Translations under genes and position numbers: made by a program
Shown here: in pieces, positions 27,352-37,431 of the stretch
Layout: each line of letters starts with the position of its first letter
Position numbering within the stretch: the first letter of the stretch is position 1
NCBI GenBank assembly: GCA_029856105.1
Contig: JAHQWH010000088.1
Span: 1-37,431, forward strand
Reading direction: 5' to 3'
DNA length: 37,431 nt
From: Promethearchaeia archaeon
Lineage (GTDB): Archaea > Asgardarchaeota > Lokiarchaeia > Sigyniarchaeales > SOKP01
Notes under the pieces: model-generated
Seen by the model: the letters and a program-made list of their open reading frames with translations, nothing else
Told to the model about the DNA's origin: nothing
The model's database searches: none

Positions 27352-29580
27352 TTATTCTTCTTTAAATATGTTCTCGACTAGTTTGTGATCGTCTTTGAAA
27401 TATATTAAGGCTCCACTCCAATCTGCTAACGCATCAGCGTACTTAGCTTCAAATTCATTGACGAATTCTCTTAGATTTGACCGCACTTCAGAAGCTTGCT
27501 TTCCCTTAATAAATAACGCCCCAAATATGCGCTTACCATATTCGAGAAGGATAGTTATGTCGCCATGATCTATTGTTTTTAGTAGTTCTTGTGATTTGGT
27601 AGTTTCCTTAATAAAAGATGTGATTGCTGAAAACATACCAGAAACAATTCCGGGGTCTTGATTGTAATCTTGAGTGAAATTATAATCGAAGATACCTCGG
27701 CCGTCGTCGTAAATAATGTATAGTCCCTGTTTTACTACTTTTTCAAAAACGTAACTAAACTCTTGTTTTAATACATCAATTAGGTTGTTGTTATAGAGGT
27801 ATTTAAGAGTAAAGTAAAATCTTTGCATCTCTTTTTCGTCTGTAGGTTTAATTTCATCCAGAATTTTTCCAGTCTCTAAAGAAGCCAAAATGGATTTTAT
27901 TTCCTCTCGCTCATCACTCAAAATATAGTAATCAACATTTTCCTTCTTTATAATTAAATATCGCGCTTTTCCTTTCATATATTCATCGTATGATAGGAAT
28001 TCAGTTACAGTAGAGAAAATCGCTTTCTCTAAATGGCGTTCGTCAATACTAATATTTTTAGCTCTAAAACCTTTTGGAAAGTAAAAAACTATTAGGCTCC
28101 AGAATATAATATTGAAGATATAATGAGTGGTTTGATAAGGAATCGCGAGTATAGATAGAATTCCAATTAAATCCGCATTAAATCCAGCAGTTCTTAAAGT
28201 ATAGAAGTTAAAGCCAAAAATAGTGGTAAAACTTGACTGTCCGGTTATCCAATACGTATCTGGTGCGAAATTGATTATCCCATTTCCCCCTAGAAATATA
28301 AATAGCATAGATAGAACGATTAAAATAGGTAGAAATGTTACAAAACTCAGAAACATGCTGTTCATATATTTCAAACTGAGGTTTAAGAAGATTGAGGCAA
28401 CAATTAATGAAACTGCGACTAATGCTACGAAATTGAAAAGATTCATAAGGTCAAATCCTAGACTTTGGGATAAGTATACCGGATCGCTTGGTACGAAATT
28501 AGCAGAGCCAATTATGCTCGTAGGAGTTTGAAAGATAAGGGCATATAAAGTTCCAAAAACTAGATAGTTTAGTACAAAAAATACAAAATATGCCAGGAAA
28601 CTAAATACAATTCCGTAGTAAAAATTCGTAAAGTTCATTTTCTTTCTTTTTTCCTTTCTATTTTTCCACCAGTCAATTAATTTGATGAAGATCAGTAAAG
28701 AAATGGGTTCGAAGATTTTAAGAAACAAGATAAAGATAAACGAAGCCATGAGGAAATAAGCAAAGAAATATATGATTACTCCAAAAGAACTGATATCCTC
28801 AACAATGAATAATATAATGGATAAAACGGATATTGGCGCTCCAACGGTGTATAAGCTTTTGTAGGTCTGCTGTCTGATATTCTCTCCGAAATATCTTCCT
28901 CGCAATGCAATTTTAGAGCTGAAAAGGAGTTCTAAGCTAAATATGAATACTGCAAGGTAAACAAATAAGATTTCTATGAACCAACCTAAAGCAGTTTCTC
29001 CGGTTGTAATTGACACTGATTCTAAGCCTGAAATTTTGAGTAAAACTTGTAGTAAATACAGCGAAATTGGTAAAAGTACGACAAGTAACTTTAATATATC
29101 TTTTTCTCTCGACCAATCGTTTTTAAATAAATCATTTCTAATTCGTTTGTATGGACTATCGATAATGTGATACGACAATCCCTGTAATTTTTCTTCTTTT
29201 GAGCCTTTATCTTTTCTTAGTCGATTCCATACAAAAACAAAAGAAATAAACGGCGCCACGAAAAAGATAAACGGTAACGTAACGAGAGGGTAATAAGCAA
29301 ATAAAGCAATGAGAGAACCGATATGTGTTATTATATAACCAATGCCCAAACCAAGATTGCCTTCCTCGCCAGGATGTAATTCTAGTTCGATTGGAGCTGT
29401 TCCTAATTGAAAGATTATAGGAAGTACCCAATATATCAAATAGAAAACCATGATTCCTAGCATTACTCTAAAATATACTTTGCCAGCAAATTTTTTCCGT
29501 ATGAAAAAGTATGGTATCACAACTATAATTATTGGAATTGCGTTAAGTAAGAACAAAGCAACTATTTCGATAACATTCAT
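27352..29580 (-). CDS. Polytopic membrane protein with C-terminal longin/roadblock-like domain
   Basis: About 12 TM segments, then LYIIYDDGRGIF...SGMFSAITSFIKE...IDHGD..ILLEYG...FVNEFEAKY, a pattern seen in Asgard longin-like domains. Confidence 0.7.
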   Translation of the reverse strand: MNVIEIVALFLLNAIPIIIVVIPYFFIRKKFAGKVYFRVMLGIMVFYLIYWVLPIIFQLGTAPIELELHPGEEGNLGLGIGYIITHIGSLIALFAYYPLVTLPFIFFVAPFISFVFVWNRLRKDKGSKEEKLQGLSYHIIDSPYKRIRNDLFKNDWSREKDILKLLVVLLPISLYLLQVLLKISGLESVSITTGETALGWFIEILFVYLAVFIFSLELLFSSKIALRGRYFGENIRQQTYKSLYTVGAPISVLSIILFIVEDISSFGVIIYFFAYFLMASFIFILFLKIFEPISLLIFIKLIDWWKNRKEKRKKMNFTNFYYGIVFSFLAYFVFFVLNYLVFGTLYALIFQTPTSIIGSANFVPSDPVYLSQSLGFDLMNLFNFVALVAVSLIVASIFLNLSLKYMNSMFLSFVTFLPILIVLSMLFIFLGGNGIINFAPDTYWITGQSSFTTIFGFNFYTLRTAGFNADLIGILSILAIPYQTTHYIFNIIFWSLIVFYFPKGFRAKNISIDERHLEKAIFSTVTEFLSYDEYMKGKARYLIIKKENVDYYILSDEREEIKSILASLETGKILDEIKPTDEKEMQRFYFTLKYLYNNNLIDVLKQEFSYVFEKVVKQGLYIIYDDGRGIFDYNFTQDYNQDPGIVSGMFSAITSFIKETTKSQELLKTIDHGDITILLEYGKRIFGALFIKGKQASEVRSNLREFVNEFEAKYADALADWSGALIYFKDDHKLVENIFKEE

Positions 29581-29683
29581 TTTTATTCTCTAACCTTTTT
29601 GAGTAAATTGAAATTATTTTTTAATATTAGTATGCAAATATTATTATAAGAGTTTAGTTATTCTAATATTTTTTATTTTTGAT

Positions 29684-30778
29684 ATGATGACAGAAAATAC
29701 AATTGGTATTATAGTCGATGATGATTTTGCTTCCAAGCACATTCCCCCATATCCAAAACCATCCTTTATATCTTTTGAACATCCCTTTAGGATAAGATCT
29801 ATTCTTAATCATTTAGAACGGGCCAATCTATTTAAAAATAATCGTATAATTAAGGTTGAGCCTAAAATGGCTACAGAATCTATTCTAGAGCTAGCCCATT
29901 CGAAATATCATATTGAAGCAATTAAGCGCATCTCTAACGTAGGAGGAGGCTTTCTTGACGAAGAGGTTTTTGTATCAGACGATACTTACGCCTTAGCTAA
30001 AAAAGCTGTTGGTGGAGCTATAGAAGCAATAGAAGGCGTAATAAATGGTAGGTTTAATCAGTCGTTTGCCTTAATAAGACCTCCAGGACACCACGCATTC
30101 AGAGAGAAAGCATCAGGACTCTGTATATTCAACAATATCGCAAATTCTATCCTTTATCTACGAAAGCAATTGAAATTTAGTCAGAAAATTGCAATAATCG
30201 ATATTGACGATCATTTTGGAGATGGTCTTGCGCAATTTTTTTACGATGATCCTTCAATTCTTTACTTTTCTATTCACGAATTTGATTTTACCGGAGGTGA
30301 TTTAGGTATGATTGACGAACTTGGAATAGACGAGGGAATTGGTAAAAATATTAACTTTCCCGTGCCAGCAGGCATAACAAATAACGATTTTTATTATTGT
30401 CTTGAATTGCTCGACCCTATAATTAAAGAATTCAAGCCAGAGCTTATCATTGTTGCCGCGGGCTTTGATATGTATTTCGCAGATCCTATTGGAAACTGTT
30501 TATTGACTAGCATTGCATACAATAAATTTGCTGAAAGACTATTAAAAATTGCAGAAGAAGTATGTAAAGGAAAAATATCTTTCATTCTAGAAGGAGGATA
30601 CAATATAATAGGATTACCTTATTGTGTTCACGCCGTTATCAAAGCTCTATTAAAGGAAAAATACGAGCCTCCTGAATTTGAGAAAAAATTTTCATTATCG
30701 GACGAATCTAAAAGAGAGGAGTTAGAAAAAATCAAAACTTTTCTCACAGATTTATTACAAACTCTTTGGGACAAATAA
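29684..30778 (+). CDS. Histone deacetylase-family protein
   Basis: RPPGHHA, GLCIFNN, DIDDHFGDG, AGFD, LEGGY. Confidence 0.93.
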   Translation: MMTENTIGIIVDDDFASKHIPPYPKPSFISFEHPFRIRSILNHLERANLFKNNRIIKVEPKMATESILELAHSKYHIEAIKRISNVGGGFLDEEVFVSDDTYALAKKAVGGAIEAIEGVINGRFNQSFALIRPPGHHAFREKASGLCIFNNIANSILYLRKQLKFSQKIAIIDIDDHFGDGLAQFFYDDPSILYFSIHEFDFTGGDLGMIDELGIDEGIGKNINFPVPAGITNNDFYYCLELLDPIIKEFKPELIIVAAGFDMYFADPIGNCLLTSIAYNKFAERLLKIAEEVCKGKISFILEGGYNIIGLPYCVHAVIKALLKEKYEPPEFEKKFSLSDESKREELEKIKTFLTDLLQTLWDK

Positions 30779-30814
30779 ACCGTTAAAAATAAAAATTTAA
30801 AAATAAAAAGAACT

Positions 30815-31219
30815 TTATACAAAATTCGCTAACTTTAGCGCAAAAGATTGAACTGTAAACAAAGCGTCTCTAGGTCCAACTTGAGGGTTAATGTAGCAAA
30901 TAAGTGCGCCCGTTCCACCTATAGGGATTGGTGCTATAATTAGGTGTCCTTTTCCTGTGATATTCGTACCTATCTTTCGCTCTTCAGTATTCTCTACTAT
31001 CATATATTTAATTCCTTGGAGCGAAATATTTGACATTCCCCTTTGTCCAAGTTCAAGTTTTGCTTTTAATAATTCATTAACCTTGTCTAAATCGCTGGAG
31101 AGATCCCAGTTCTGGGTTTGAGTAATTAAAGATCCAGATTTATTAATAATGGCTACTCCAAAAACATTCTGCTCTGCATTTAGAAGTTCATTTATAATAG
31201 TTTCAATTTCTGTTGACAT
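30815..31219 (-). CDS. Profilin (Lokiarchaeal type)
   Basis: 134 aa; QGIKYMIVENTEERKIGTNITGKGH...PIPIGG.GAL..Y.NP..GPRD matches Loki profilin as I recall it. Confidence 0.88.
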   Translation of the reverse strand: MSTEIETIINELLNAEQNVFGVAIINKSGSLITQTQNWDLSSDLDKVNELLKAKLELGQRGMSNISLQGIKYMIVENTEERKIGTNITGKGHLIIAPIPIGGTGALICYINPQVGPRDALFTVQSFALKLANFV

Positions 31220-31314
31220 TATTCATTATTCCCAAAATTTTTATTATGATTTTATTATATAACTAATACAAACAATTTATATAAAAAATTAATTTTTACT
31301 AAACGGTGAAATAA

Positions 31315-31848
31315 TTGGCTTTTAGATTATTTAAAAAATCTGTTATGATGGTTTTACGGGAGAAAAAGCAATTTATAGTTTTTTGTTTGATGTATACCTT
31401 CTTAATATTTTGGACAAGTTATTCAATCGAGTTGGTAATAAAGACACCAAGTTTAGGTCTCGCGAGCACAAGTTTCTTCATGGCTTTAGGCGTAGGAATA
31501 TTTTTATCTTTACTTTATGCTTGGTTAATAGTAAGACGTAATTCGAAAACTATAGCAACTTTGAAATGCATTGGTTGGACGAATAAAGATATTAACTCGT
31601 TAATTTCGGGATTTATTCTATTCACAACATTCATGGGCTTTTTTATTATTGTTGAGGTATTATTTCATTACGCAGCTTTTTTTGTGTACATTAACCCAAC
31701 AAGCCCAACGGTACCTTTAGTAAACCTTTTACCGGTTTTTGTAACTTTTACAATTTTTCTATTTTTCCAAATTTTGGCGATTTTGTTAGCTAATAGAAAA
31801 ATCTTGAAAGTTAGACCAATTATCGCATTAAAGAGGGTAGGTGTATAA
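31315..31848 (+). CDS. FtsX/MacB-like ABC transporter permease (minimal)
   Basis: Four TM segments; IATLKCIGW and P..ALK motifs; adjacent to the ABC ATPase gene. Confidence 0.78.
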   Translation: MAFRLFKKSVMMVLREKKQFIVFCLMYTFLIFWTSYSIELVIKTPSLGLASTSFFMALGVGIFLSLLYAWLIVRRNSKTIATLKCIGWTNKDINSLISGFILFTTFMGFFIIVEVLFHYAAFFVYINPTSPTVPLVNLLPVFVTFTIFLFFQILAILLANRKILKVRPIIALKRVGV

Positions 31849-31860
31849 GGAGGGAAAAAA

Positions 31861-32553
31861 ATGCCTGTAGATAAAGATACTATGATAGAAGCTATTGATG
31901 TAAATAAAGAATATCGGCGATCTGGTGCGATTATTCGCGCTTTAGCTGATATTAACCTTACAATTAAATCAGGAGAATTTATTTTAATTCAAGGTCCAAC
32001 GGGTTGTGGTAAAAGTACGCTCCTCAACGTATTAAGTGGTATTGACTTACCAGATTCGGGAAAAATAATATTTGATGGCGAAAATATTGCTAGAGCGCAA
32101 GAAGCAAGACTTAGCAAACTAAGAAGACAAAAAATTGGTTTTGTCTTTCAAGATTTCAACTTAATTCCTACTTTAACTGCTATTGAAAATATCTCGGCTC
32201 TATTGTGGCCCACAGTTTTAAGAGAGAAAGAAATCGAAAATCGAGCAATTGCAGCGCTAAGAGACGTCAATTTACTTGAAAGAAAAGATCATTATCCCGT
32301 AGAAATGTCTGGCGGTGAAAAACAGAGATGCGGTCTCGCAAGGGCGATTATCCATCGTCCAAGGGTAATTTTAGCTGATGAACCAACGGGTAATCTTGAT
32401 CCTGAATCTGAGAAGCAAGTAATGGACCTCCTAAAGCAAATTAACAAGGATATGGAAACCACGATAATAGTAGTAACCCACAGAGGTTCCTTAGCTTCTT
32501 ACGCTAATAAAATCGTTAAAATGGATAAAGGGGCAATTATCAACATTAAATAA
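31861..32553 (+). CDS. ABC transporter ATP-binding protein (LolD/MacB-like)
   Basis: GPTGCGKS, GFVFQ, MSGGEKQR, ILADEPTGNLD, VTH. Confidence 0.95.
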   Translation: MPVDKDTMIEAIDVNKEYRRSGAIIRALADINLTIKSGEFILIQGPTGCGKSTLLNVLSGIDLPDSGKIIFDGENIARAQEARLSKLRRQKIGFVFQDFNLIPTLTAIENISALLWPTVLREKEIENRAIAALRDVNLLERKDHYPVEMSGGEKQRCGLARAIIHRPRVILADEPTGNLDPESEKQVMDLLKQINKDMETTIIVVTHRGSLASYANKIVKMDKGAIINIK

Positions 32554-32802
32554 AAATCTTTTATTTAAAACTTTTTTCTTTAAATTTTTTTTTATATCGC
32601 ACGACAACTCTAAGATAGCTTAAGCATTCAATGAATCTAAGTTGTTTTTAAAGAAAAATTATAAATTATTCTATAAGGATTCCTAACAAGATAGTAACAA
32701 CAAAAACAAAATTTTAAATATACGAATCGTGTTTGAATTAGTAATAAAAATTATTAATTTGATCAAAATTATTTCAAAAATACGATAAAGAGGAATGATT
32801 AT

Positions 32803-33549
32803 ATGGGATGGGGACGCGTTATAGGATCGGGCTGTCTTGGCATGTTATGTTTGATTCCTATGGCTTGGATTAGTTTTTCATTTTTAGATTTGACGAGTTC
32901 AGTTACTGGTGGCTTAATCACTAATTTAAACGACGCAATAGCGTCTATCGGAATTTTACTAGGTATGGGTGCTGTTGGAGATATTCTCAGTTTAGTTGCA
33001 GGTGCCTTTCTTGGCCTAATTTTAATCTTACTATTTCCTATTCATTGGTGTATCTTTTATAGACCTGACGATGTATTGCTTCTAATTTCTGTCATTCTTC
33101 CTTGGATTTTATGCTGCACGATTACTAGCGCGATTTTTTCGCACTCTCCTCGAGGTGGGATTCATACTAGTCTTGCGATTGGTATTGGTTATTTAATTCC
33201 CGCCATGGTTATATATTTATTAATACCTTTAATTCCTGGTGGTTTTGGTTCGATTATCGCAGGAGTAGTGGATGGAGCAGTATCGGGTCTAACAGATTTA
33301 CCCTACTTGCTGGCGGTTTTTACGGCGATTTTAGAAGGGTGTCTTGTGGGGGCTGTGTTTGGAGGATTTATTGGAAGTTTAAAATACAAAAGTACGGCTC
33401 AACATAAAGTGAGTAAATCAAAAGGAAAGGCAGAAGAGGTAGAAGAACCATCTTTAGATAGTTCAGAGCTATGCCCTAATTGTAAAGCCAAATTGGTCCC
33501 TGGAAACGAGTTTTGCACCAATTGTGGTTCAGCAATAAAAGCGAAATAA
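32803..33549 (+). CDS. Membrane protein with C-terminal zinc ribbon
   Basis: Gly-rich TM segments; CPNCKAKL..FCTNCG. Confidence 0.8.
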   Translation: MGWGRVIGSGCLGMLCLIPMAWISFSFLDLTSSVTGGLITNLNDAIASIGILLGMGAVGDILSLVAGAFLGLILILLFPIHWCIFYRPDDVLLLISVILPWILCCTITSAIFSHSPRGGIHTSLAIGIGYLIPAMVIYLLIPLIPGGFGSIIAGVVDGAVSGLTDLPYLLAVFTAILEGCLVGAVFGGFIGSLKYKSTAQHKVSKSKGKAEEVEEPSLDSSELCPNCKAKLVPGNEFCTNCGSAIKAK

Positions 33550-33719
33550 ATCAATTTAGATATATTTTTTATTATTTTTTTTATTTTTAGATATCTTTTT
33601 TCTTTCGAAAAAAAATCTTAATTTTAAAATTAATTAAAAATTGTGATAAAACAGAGATTTTAAAATGTTTTATTTTCATTATATGCATAATTGAAAAAAG
33701 CTATAAGTTAAATTAATAG

Positions 33720-34727
33720 ATGTCAAAAACTGTAAAGGGAGTAATCTTCTCCCGCTTAATTGTTTTGTTTGCAGCAATTTTGGTACCAATAAGCATTTTT
33801 TTGATATTTTCCATTGTGGATTTTAACTTATGGTATTCAAACGACCCAGATTTAAATTTTTGGATAGTTAAGATTTTAAGTCCGATTGTGTTTAGCGTTT
33901 CTTGGTTATTTTTTATAATTCTATTTGCAAACCGATTTGCCAATACGATGGATTCGTTCGACGAAAAGATTAGCGTAGTTCCCTCTAGATTAAAATTCTT
34001 TTATGGGATTAATGCCGTTTATGTCCTTTTTATTTTTGTCTTTCCCATAATAACACCCATAATCGCTGTTTTAAGTTTTGCGTCTTTTGCATGGCGTTTA
34101 ACCACTTTCAGAAAAGAGAGTTGGGAAGACGATTCGAAAACCTCGTTCTTAACAAAATTTGTTATGGTTTTAGCATCAGTAATCCCAATTTTCTGCACTG
34201 TAAGCATTATTCCAGAGTATTTAGAGCTACCTTTATTTTTATGGAATTCCGTCTGGCTTTTTTTAATTGAATATCTTTATATGATCTCATATTCATTATT
34301 CACGGCTTTATCAATTGGTTCGCTAATTATATTGTTTTCTAACTCAGGTATTAGTGAATACGAGCAACTTTTTGTAGATACCAATCAAAAAAAAAGTTTT
34401 GCGCACATAAAGATTTTAGTAGTATTTCTCTTTGGATTTTTTCTGTTTTTAGATTATAATGATTACCCGATTATCGATTTGTTCTATACATCAGGCCTAA
34501 TAATAGTTATTTTTACTTATTTTGTTAACTTAATTCGAGGGAAATCTAAATACGGAAGTTTTAAAAGCTATTTTGTTGGTTACCTCATCGCAGCAATCTT
34601 CATTGGTTCAAATGTAATAATAGCTACTGAAGAAGTCTCAGAATTTTTAAGAATTTGGAGCTTGTTGATGTCAGCAATATTATATATTTTTGTTCTATTT
34701 TACACGTTTGCAACCATTGAAGATTAA
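33720..34727 (+). CDS. Multi-pass membrane protein of unknown function
   Basis: 335-aa ORF with about 9-10 hydrophobic segments. Confidence 0.75.
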   Translation: MSKTVKGVIFSRLIVLFAAILVPISIFLIFSIVDFNLWYSNDPDLNFWIVKILSPIVFSVSWLFFIILFANRFANTMDSFDEKISVVPSRLKFFYGINAVYVLFIFVFPIITPIIAVLSFASFAWRLTTFRKESWEDDSKTSFLTKFVMVLASVIPIFCTVSIIPEYLELPLFLWNSVWLFLIEYLYMISYSLFTALSIGSLIILFSNSGISEYEQLFVDTNQKKSFAHIKILVVFLFGFFLFLDYNDYPIIDLFYTSGLIIVIFTYFVNLIRGKSKYGSFKSYFVGYLIAAIFIGSNVIIATEEVSEFLRIWSLLMSAILYIFVLFYTFATIED

Positions 34728-35042
34728 TTTTCTTTTTATTTTTAATATTAAGGTTAACTTAATATGTCTATGTTTAGTCTATTTATGAAAGAAATTAAGC
34801 GAAATCAGATATAAGATTTTTTGAATTTATATAATTTGCGTTTTTAAGGAAAATTAATGTCATTATAAGTGAATATCTAAACAATAATGCTAGATAGAAT
34901 AAAAAAAGCGAAACTTATTGCTACTAAAACTCTTGATTTTGAAATTTCTAATTGCCTAGAATATAAACTATTAAAAATATAGATTTTATTTATTATTTTA
35001 ATAAATTAATTTTTAAAAAAAAATTTAATGTGATCATAAATA

Positions 35043-37178
35043 ATGAAAAAAGTAAGCACTAAAACCTTAATGGTTTTAACATTAATGATAGCTTCTTTTG
35101 CAGCTACACCAATGATGGTAGCTGGATACGATTACGATAACGACTATGGTTTTGATCAATTTGGAGACATAGGAGACATAGGAGCAGCTGATATCGTTTC
35201 TGGATTTTCAGGTGGTTTTGGAAGTATTTTTAGAGGATTAGGTTACGGAGGAAATTTACTAGCAACTGTTTTTGACATGTTATTTATGCAAGTCTTAACC
35301 AACTTCAGCGGTAAGGAAGTTTTACCTGGAGTCTACGTGTTAAGCGCATTCAAGGAACAAACAGTTTCTGGTAATAGAACATTTTTCGCAGGCGAAAAAG
35401 AGAATTTTATGGTCCCTTATGAATACTACCTATCAAGTGGAATCGATGGAAACACAGATGGTTACGCTTATTGCGAAGTTGAAAAGTCTGGGGCTTACAA
35501 TTTTACTTTAACCTATGGTGCTGGAGTTACTTTGGTTATTTGGGACAACGATAATTCTTTTGTTAATGCAGTAAAAAAAATAATCAAATTTTTCCATACT
35601 TTAAGACCTTACATGGAAGGGGAAGGTTCAATGTCAGAAGAAATTCCCGAAACACTAATAAGAGAAGGCATCGAATTAATTACTTGGTTCTTAATTCACA
35701 TCAACGACATCTTTACCGGAGAAGAATTATTTGTTTTAAATCCTATATCTTGGCAAAAGTTAGAAATTCAAACTGGTCCAGGGTTTAGTATTACCAAAGA
35801 ATGGAAAGTTACAGGAAACGACTGGCATATTGGTCCAGGAGATGCTACAATTGTATCTTTAGTTGGTGGACCTGAAATACTTGATGAATGGAATGCTACA
35901 GCAAATGATAGAAACGATAGTTACATGAAATGGTTGTTAACCGAAACTGACGATGTTGCTCTTATCGATACTATTTTCACTTCGTTTACATTTGATTTAA
36001 TTCAATTTTGGGTTAAAAATTTTGAAATACATATTGATGTTGGAGCAATCATGAGCATGGTTGGCGGTTCAAGTGATCCTATTAACCCTGCCGAAATATT
36101 TCAGGGATTAGATATTGAATTTTACTTGTTCACGCATCATTTAGCAGGCACTTTCTTATACAACGATACTAGTCCTGATGGTGGAATTACACCTCCCGAC
36201 GGCAAACTCTCTGCAAACTATGTACCAATAGTTAATGGTACAGGCGTTCCTTTATTGGATGAGATGGGAGATCCCGTAGAGGTCCCATATAGTTCAGAAC
36301 TTACCCATAGATTAATTTTAGGCACTGTTGGTGATTTCGATTTTATGTTACCTGCTAAGGATGGTAATAAAATTTCGTGGGGATTAAAAATGAATCAAGC
36401 AACTATAGTTCCTGTTCCAATTGGAGTTGATTTAGATTCGTACTTAGGAGCTTCTGAGGAATCTCTTGCCTACATCCAATTCGGATTTACTTTTGAACCA
36501 AAATTCATTGATCTTCCCGCTAAGGATGGAGGAACTGTTCCTGTTTTACATGGCGCTGTTAAATTAGATCAATTTTTTGCTCCTTGGAACGATCTTTCAG
36601 CACCCCATTCTAATAATGCAATCGCTGGTTTAGACCTTGCCATAATTTACGTCTCAACTGTACTGCACTTCCACCTTAAAGTCGATACTTTAGGCGCAGA
36701 TCCAAACGATATTTTAGATCCTGCCGATGATTACGATAATTCAACTCATAAATTAAAGATAGGTAATTACCTCTCTCCTAAAATCAGAGACAAGTTAGAC
36801 TTTGTTGACATTGCTGGACCCGAATATATTTATGGTAGTATTATAGCAAACGATACTGCTCCAGCAAGCACAAGCATACTTCCAGTTGCGTTATTTGAAG
36901 CTGAGGTGGATAAACATGAAACATTCGAAGGTACACCTGGTGAAGTAGAAACTTTTGCTGCTGATATCAAGTTGAACGTGAGTTTCAACGTTATGGTTTA
37001 TGCCGTATGCTTTCCAGAATTCGAAAACGGAAACGGAATTTGGCATGACCCAACGTTCAGCGTCTATATGGTGTTCGAAGCTAAGGGTTTCTGGGCGTTA
37101 ATTTTACTCATTGCTGGTGTTGGCTTAATTGGTGTTGCTACCATCCTAATCAAAAGGCGTAAGGACAATAGATTTTAA
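35043..37178 (+). CDS. Exported cell-surface protein with signal peptide and C-terminal TM anchor
   Basis: Signal peptide MKKVSTKTLMVLTLMIASFAATPMMVAG; acidic body with NxS/T sequons; WHDP, then TM helix and KRRK. Confidence 0.8.
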   Translation: MKKVSTKTLMVLTLMIASFAATPMMVAGYDYDNDYGFDQFGDIGDIGAADIVSGFSGGFGSIFRGLGYGGNLLATVFDMLFMQVLTNFSGKEVLPGVYVLSAFKEQTVSGNRTFFAGEKENFMVPYEYYLSSGIDGNTDGYAYCEVEKSGAYNFTLTYGAGVTLVIWDNDNSFVNAVKKIIKFFHTLRPYMEGEGSMSEEIPETLIREGIELITWFLIHINDIFTGEELFVLNPISWQKLEIQTGPGFSITKEWKVTGNDWHIGPGDATIVSLVGGPEILDEWNATANDRNDSYMKWLLTETDDVALIDTIFTSFTFDLIQFWVKNFEIHIDVGAIMSMVGGSSDPINPAEIFQGLDIEFYLFTHHLAGTFLYNDTSPDGGITPPDGKLSANYVPIVNGTGVPLLDEMGDPVEVPYSSELTHRLILGTVGDFDFMLPAKDGNKISWGLKMNQATIVPVPIGVDLDSYLGASEESLAYIQFGFTFEPKFIDLPAKDGGTVPVLHGAVKLDQFFAPWNDLSAPHSNNAIAGLDLAIIYVSTVLHFHLKVDTLGADPNDILDPADDYDNSTHKLKIGNYLSPKIRDKLDFVDIAGPEYIYGSIIANDTAPASTSILPVALFEAEVDKHETFEGTPGEVETFAADIKLNVSFNVMVYAVCFPEFENGNGIWHDPTFSVYMVFEAKGFWALILLIAGVGLIGVATILIKRRKDNRF

Positions 37179-37320
37179 ATCTCAACCAAATTAATAATTT
37201 TTTTTTATTTTATTTTCTCTTTTTTATCAATTTTTTTGACTTTAAAGAAAATTTTAAATTCTGAGTTATCAAAGTGATATTAAACAATTGTTATTGTTAC
37301 AAAGCAAAGAAGGTTACGAA

Positions 37321-37431
37321 ATGCAATCCAAATTAAACGATTCATATCAAGTTGATGAGAAGAAACGCTGGTTCCAAAAATGGTGGCCATCGAATGTTCC
37401 ACACAACATAGATTTCAAAGAAAAATCTTTA
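37321..37431 (+). CDS. 3'-partial CDS, possibly a long-chain acyl-CoA ligase N-terminus
   Basis: MQSKLNDSYQVDEKKRWFQKWWPSNVPHNIDFKEKSL; the W..WP.NVP..I.F pattern resembles FadD N-termini; truncated by the window edge. Confidence 0.45.
   Translation, partial: MQSKLNDSYQVDEKKRWFQKWWPSNVPHNIDFKEKSL

Noticed and set aside
665-34207. Short antisense or overlapping track ORFs (e.g. 665-892, 757-939, 1538-1771, 2812-3180, 9660-9908, 9927-10226, 17244-17471, 28223-28531, 34019-34207)
   Set aside because: They are shadows of longer, motif-supported genes.

Overview
AT-rich archaeal DNA, very probably from an Asgard archaeon (Lokiarchaeia): it has a group II chaperonin with a GGM/PPG tail, a Loki-type profilin, a longin-like-domain membrane protein and a Rab-like GTPase. 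A ~20.5 kb accessory island (~961-21545) starts at the T-rich terminator of the thermosome gene and contains no recognisable integrase or transposase. Its left end is a three-gene core: (i) a 74-aa minus-strand ORF missed by the ORF track (963-1187, apparent ATA start), (ii) a GIY-YIG nuclease with three 81-aa HTH-like repeats and an acidic tail, and (iii) a HerA/VirB4-like ATPase. Downstream is an array of cargo genes separated by orphan 3' ends of genes whose full copy lies further left: four 70-90 bp diverged 3' ends of the small ORF (15141, 17054, 19916, 21458), two 3' ends of the ATPase (7842, 10323) and one 3' end of the DEDDh exonuclease (12902). Cargo includes a degenerate tail-anchored Rab-like protein, defence-type genes (two HEPN-like proteins, an OAS/CD-NTase-like nucleotidyltransferase, a NucC/DUF6602-like nuclease, a Zn-ribbon nuclease) and metabolic genes (serine dehydratase, TetR plus hydrolase, amidohydrolase). 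The right part (~23.8-37.4 kb) looks like ordinary chromosome. All assignments come from motif reading and by-eye alignment; no database searches were run.
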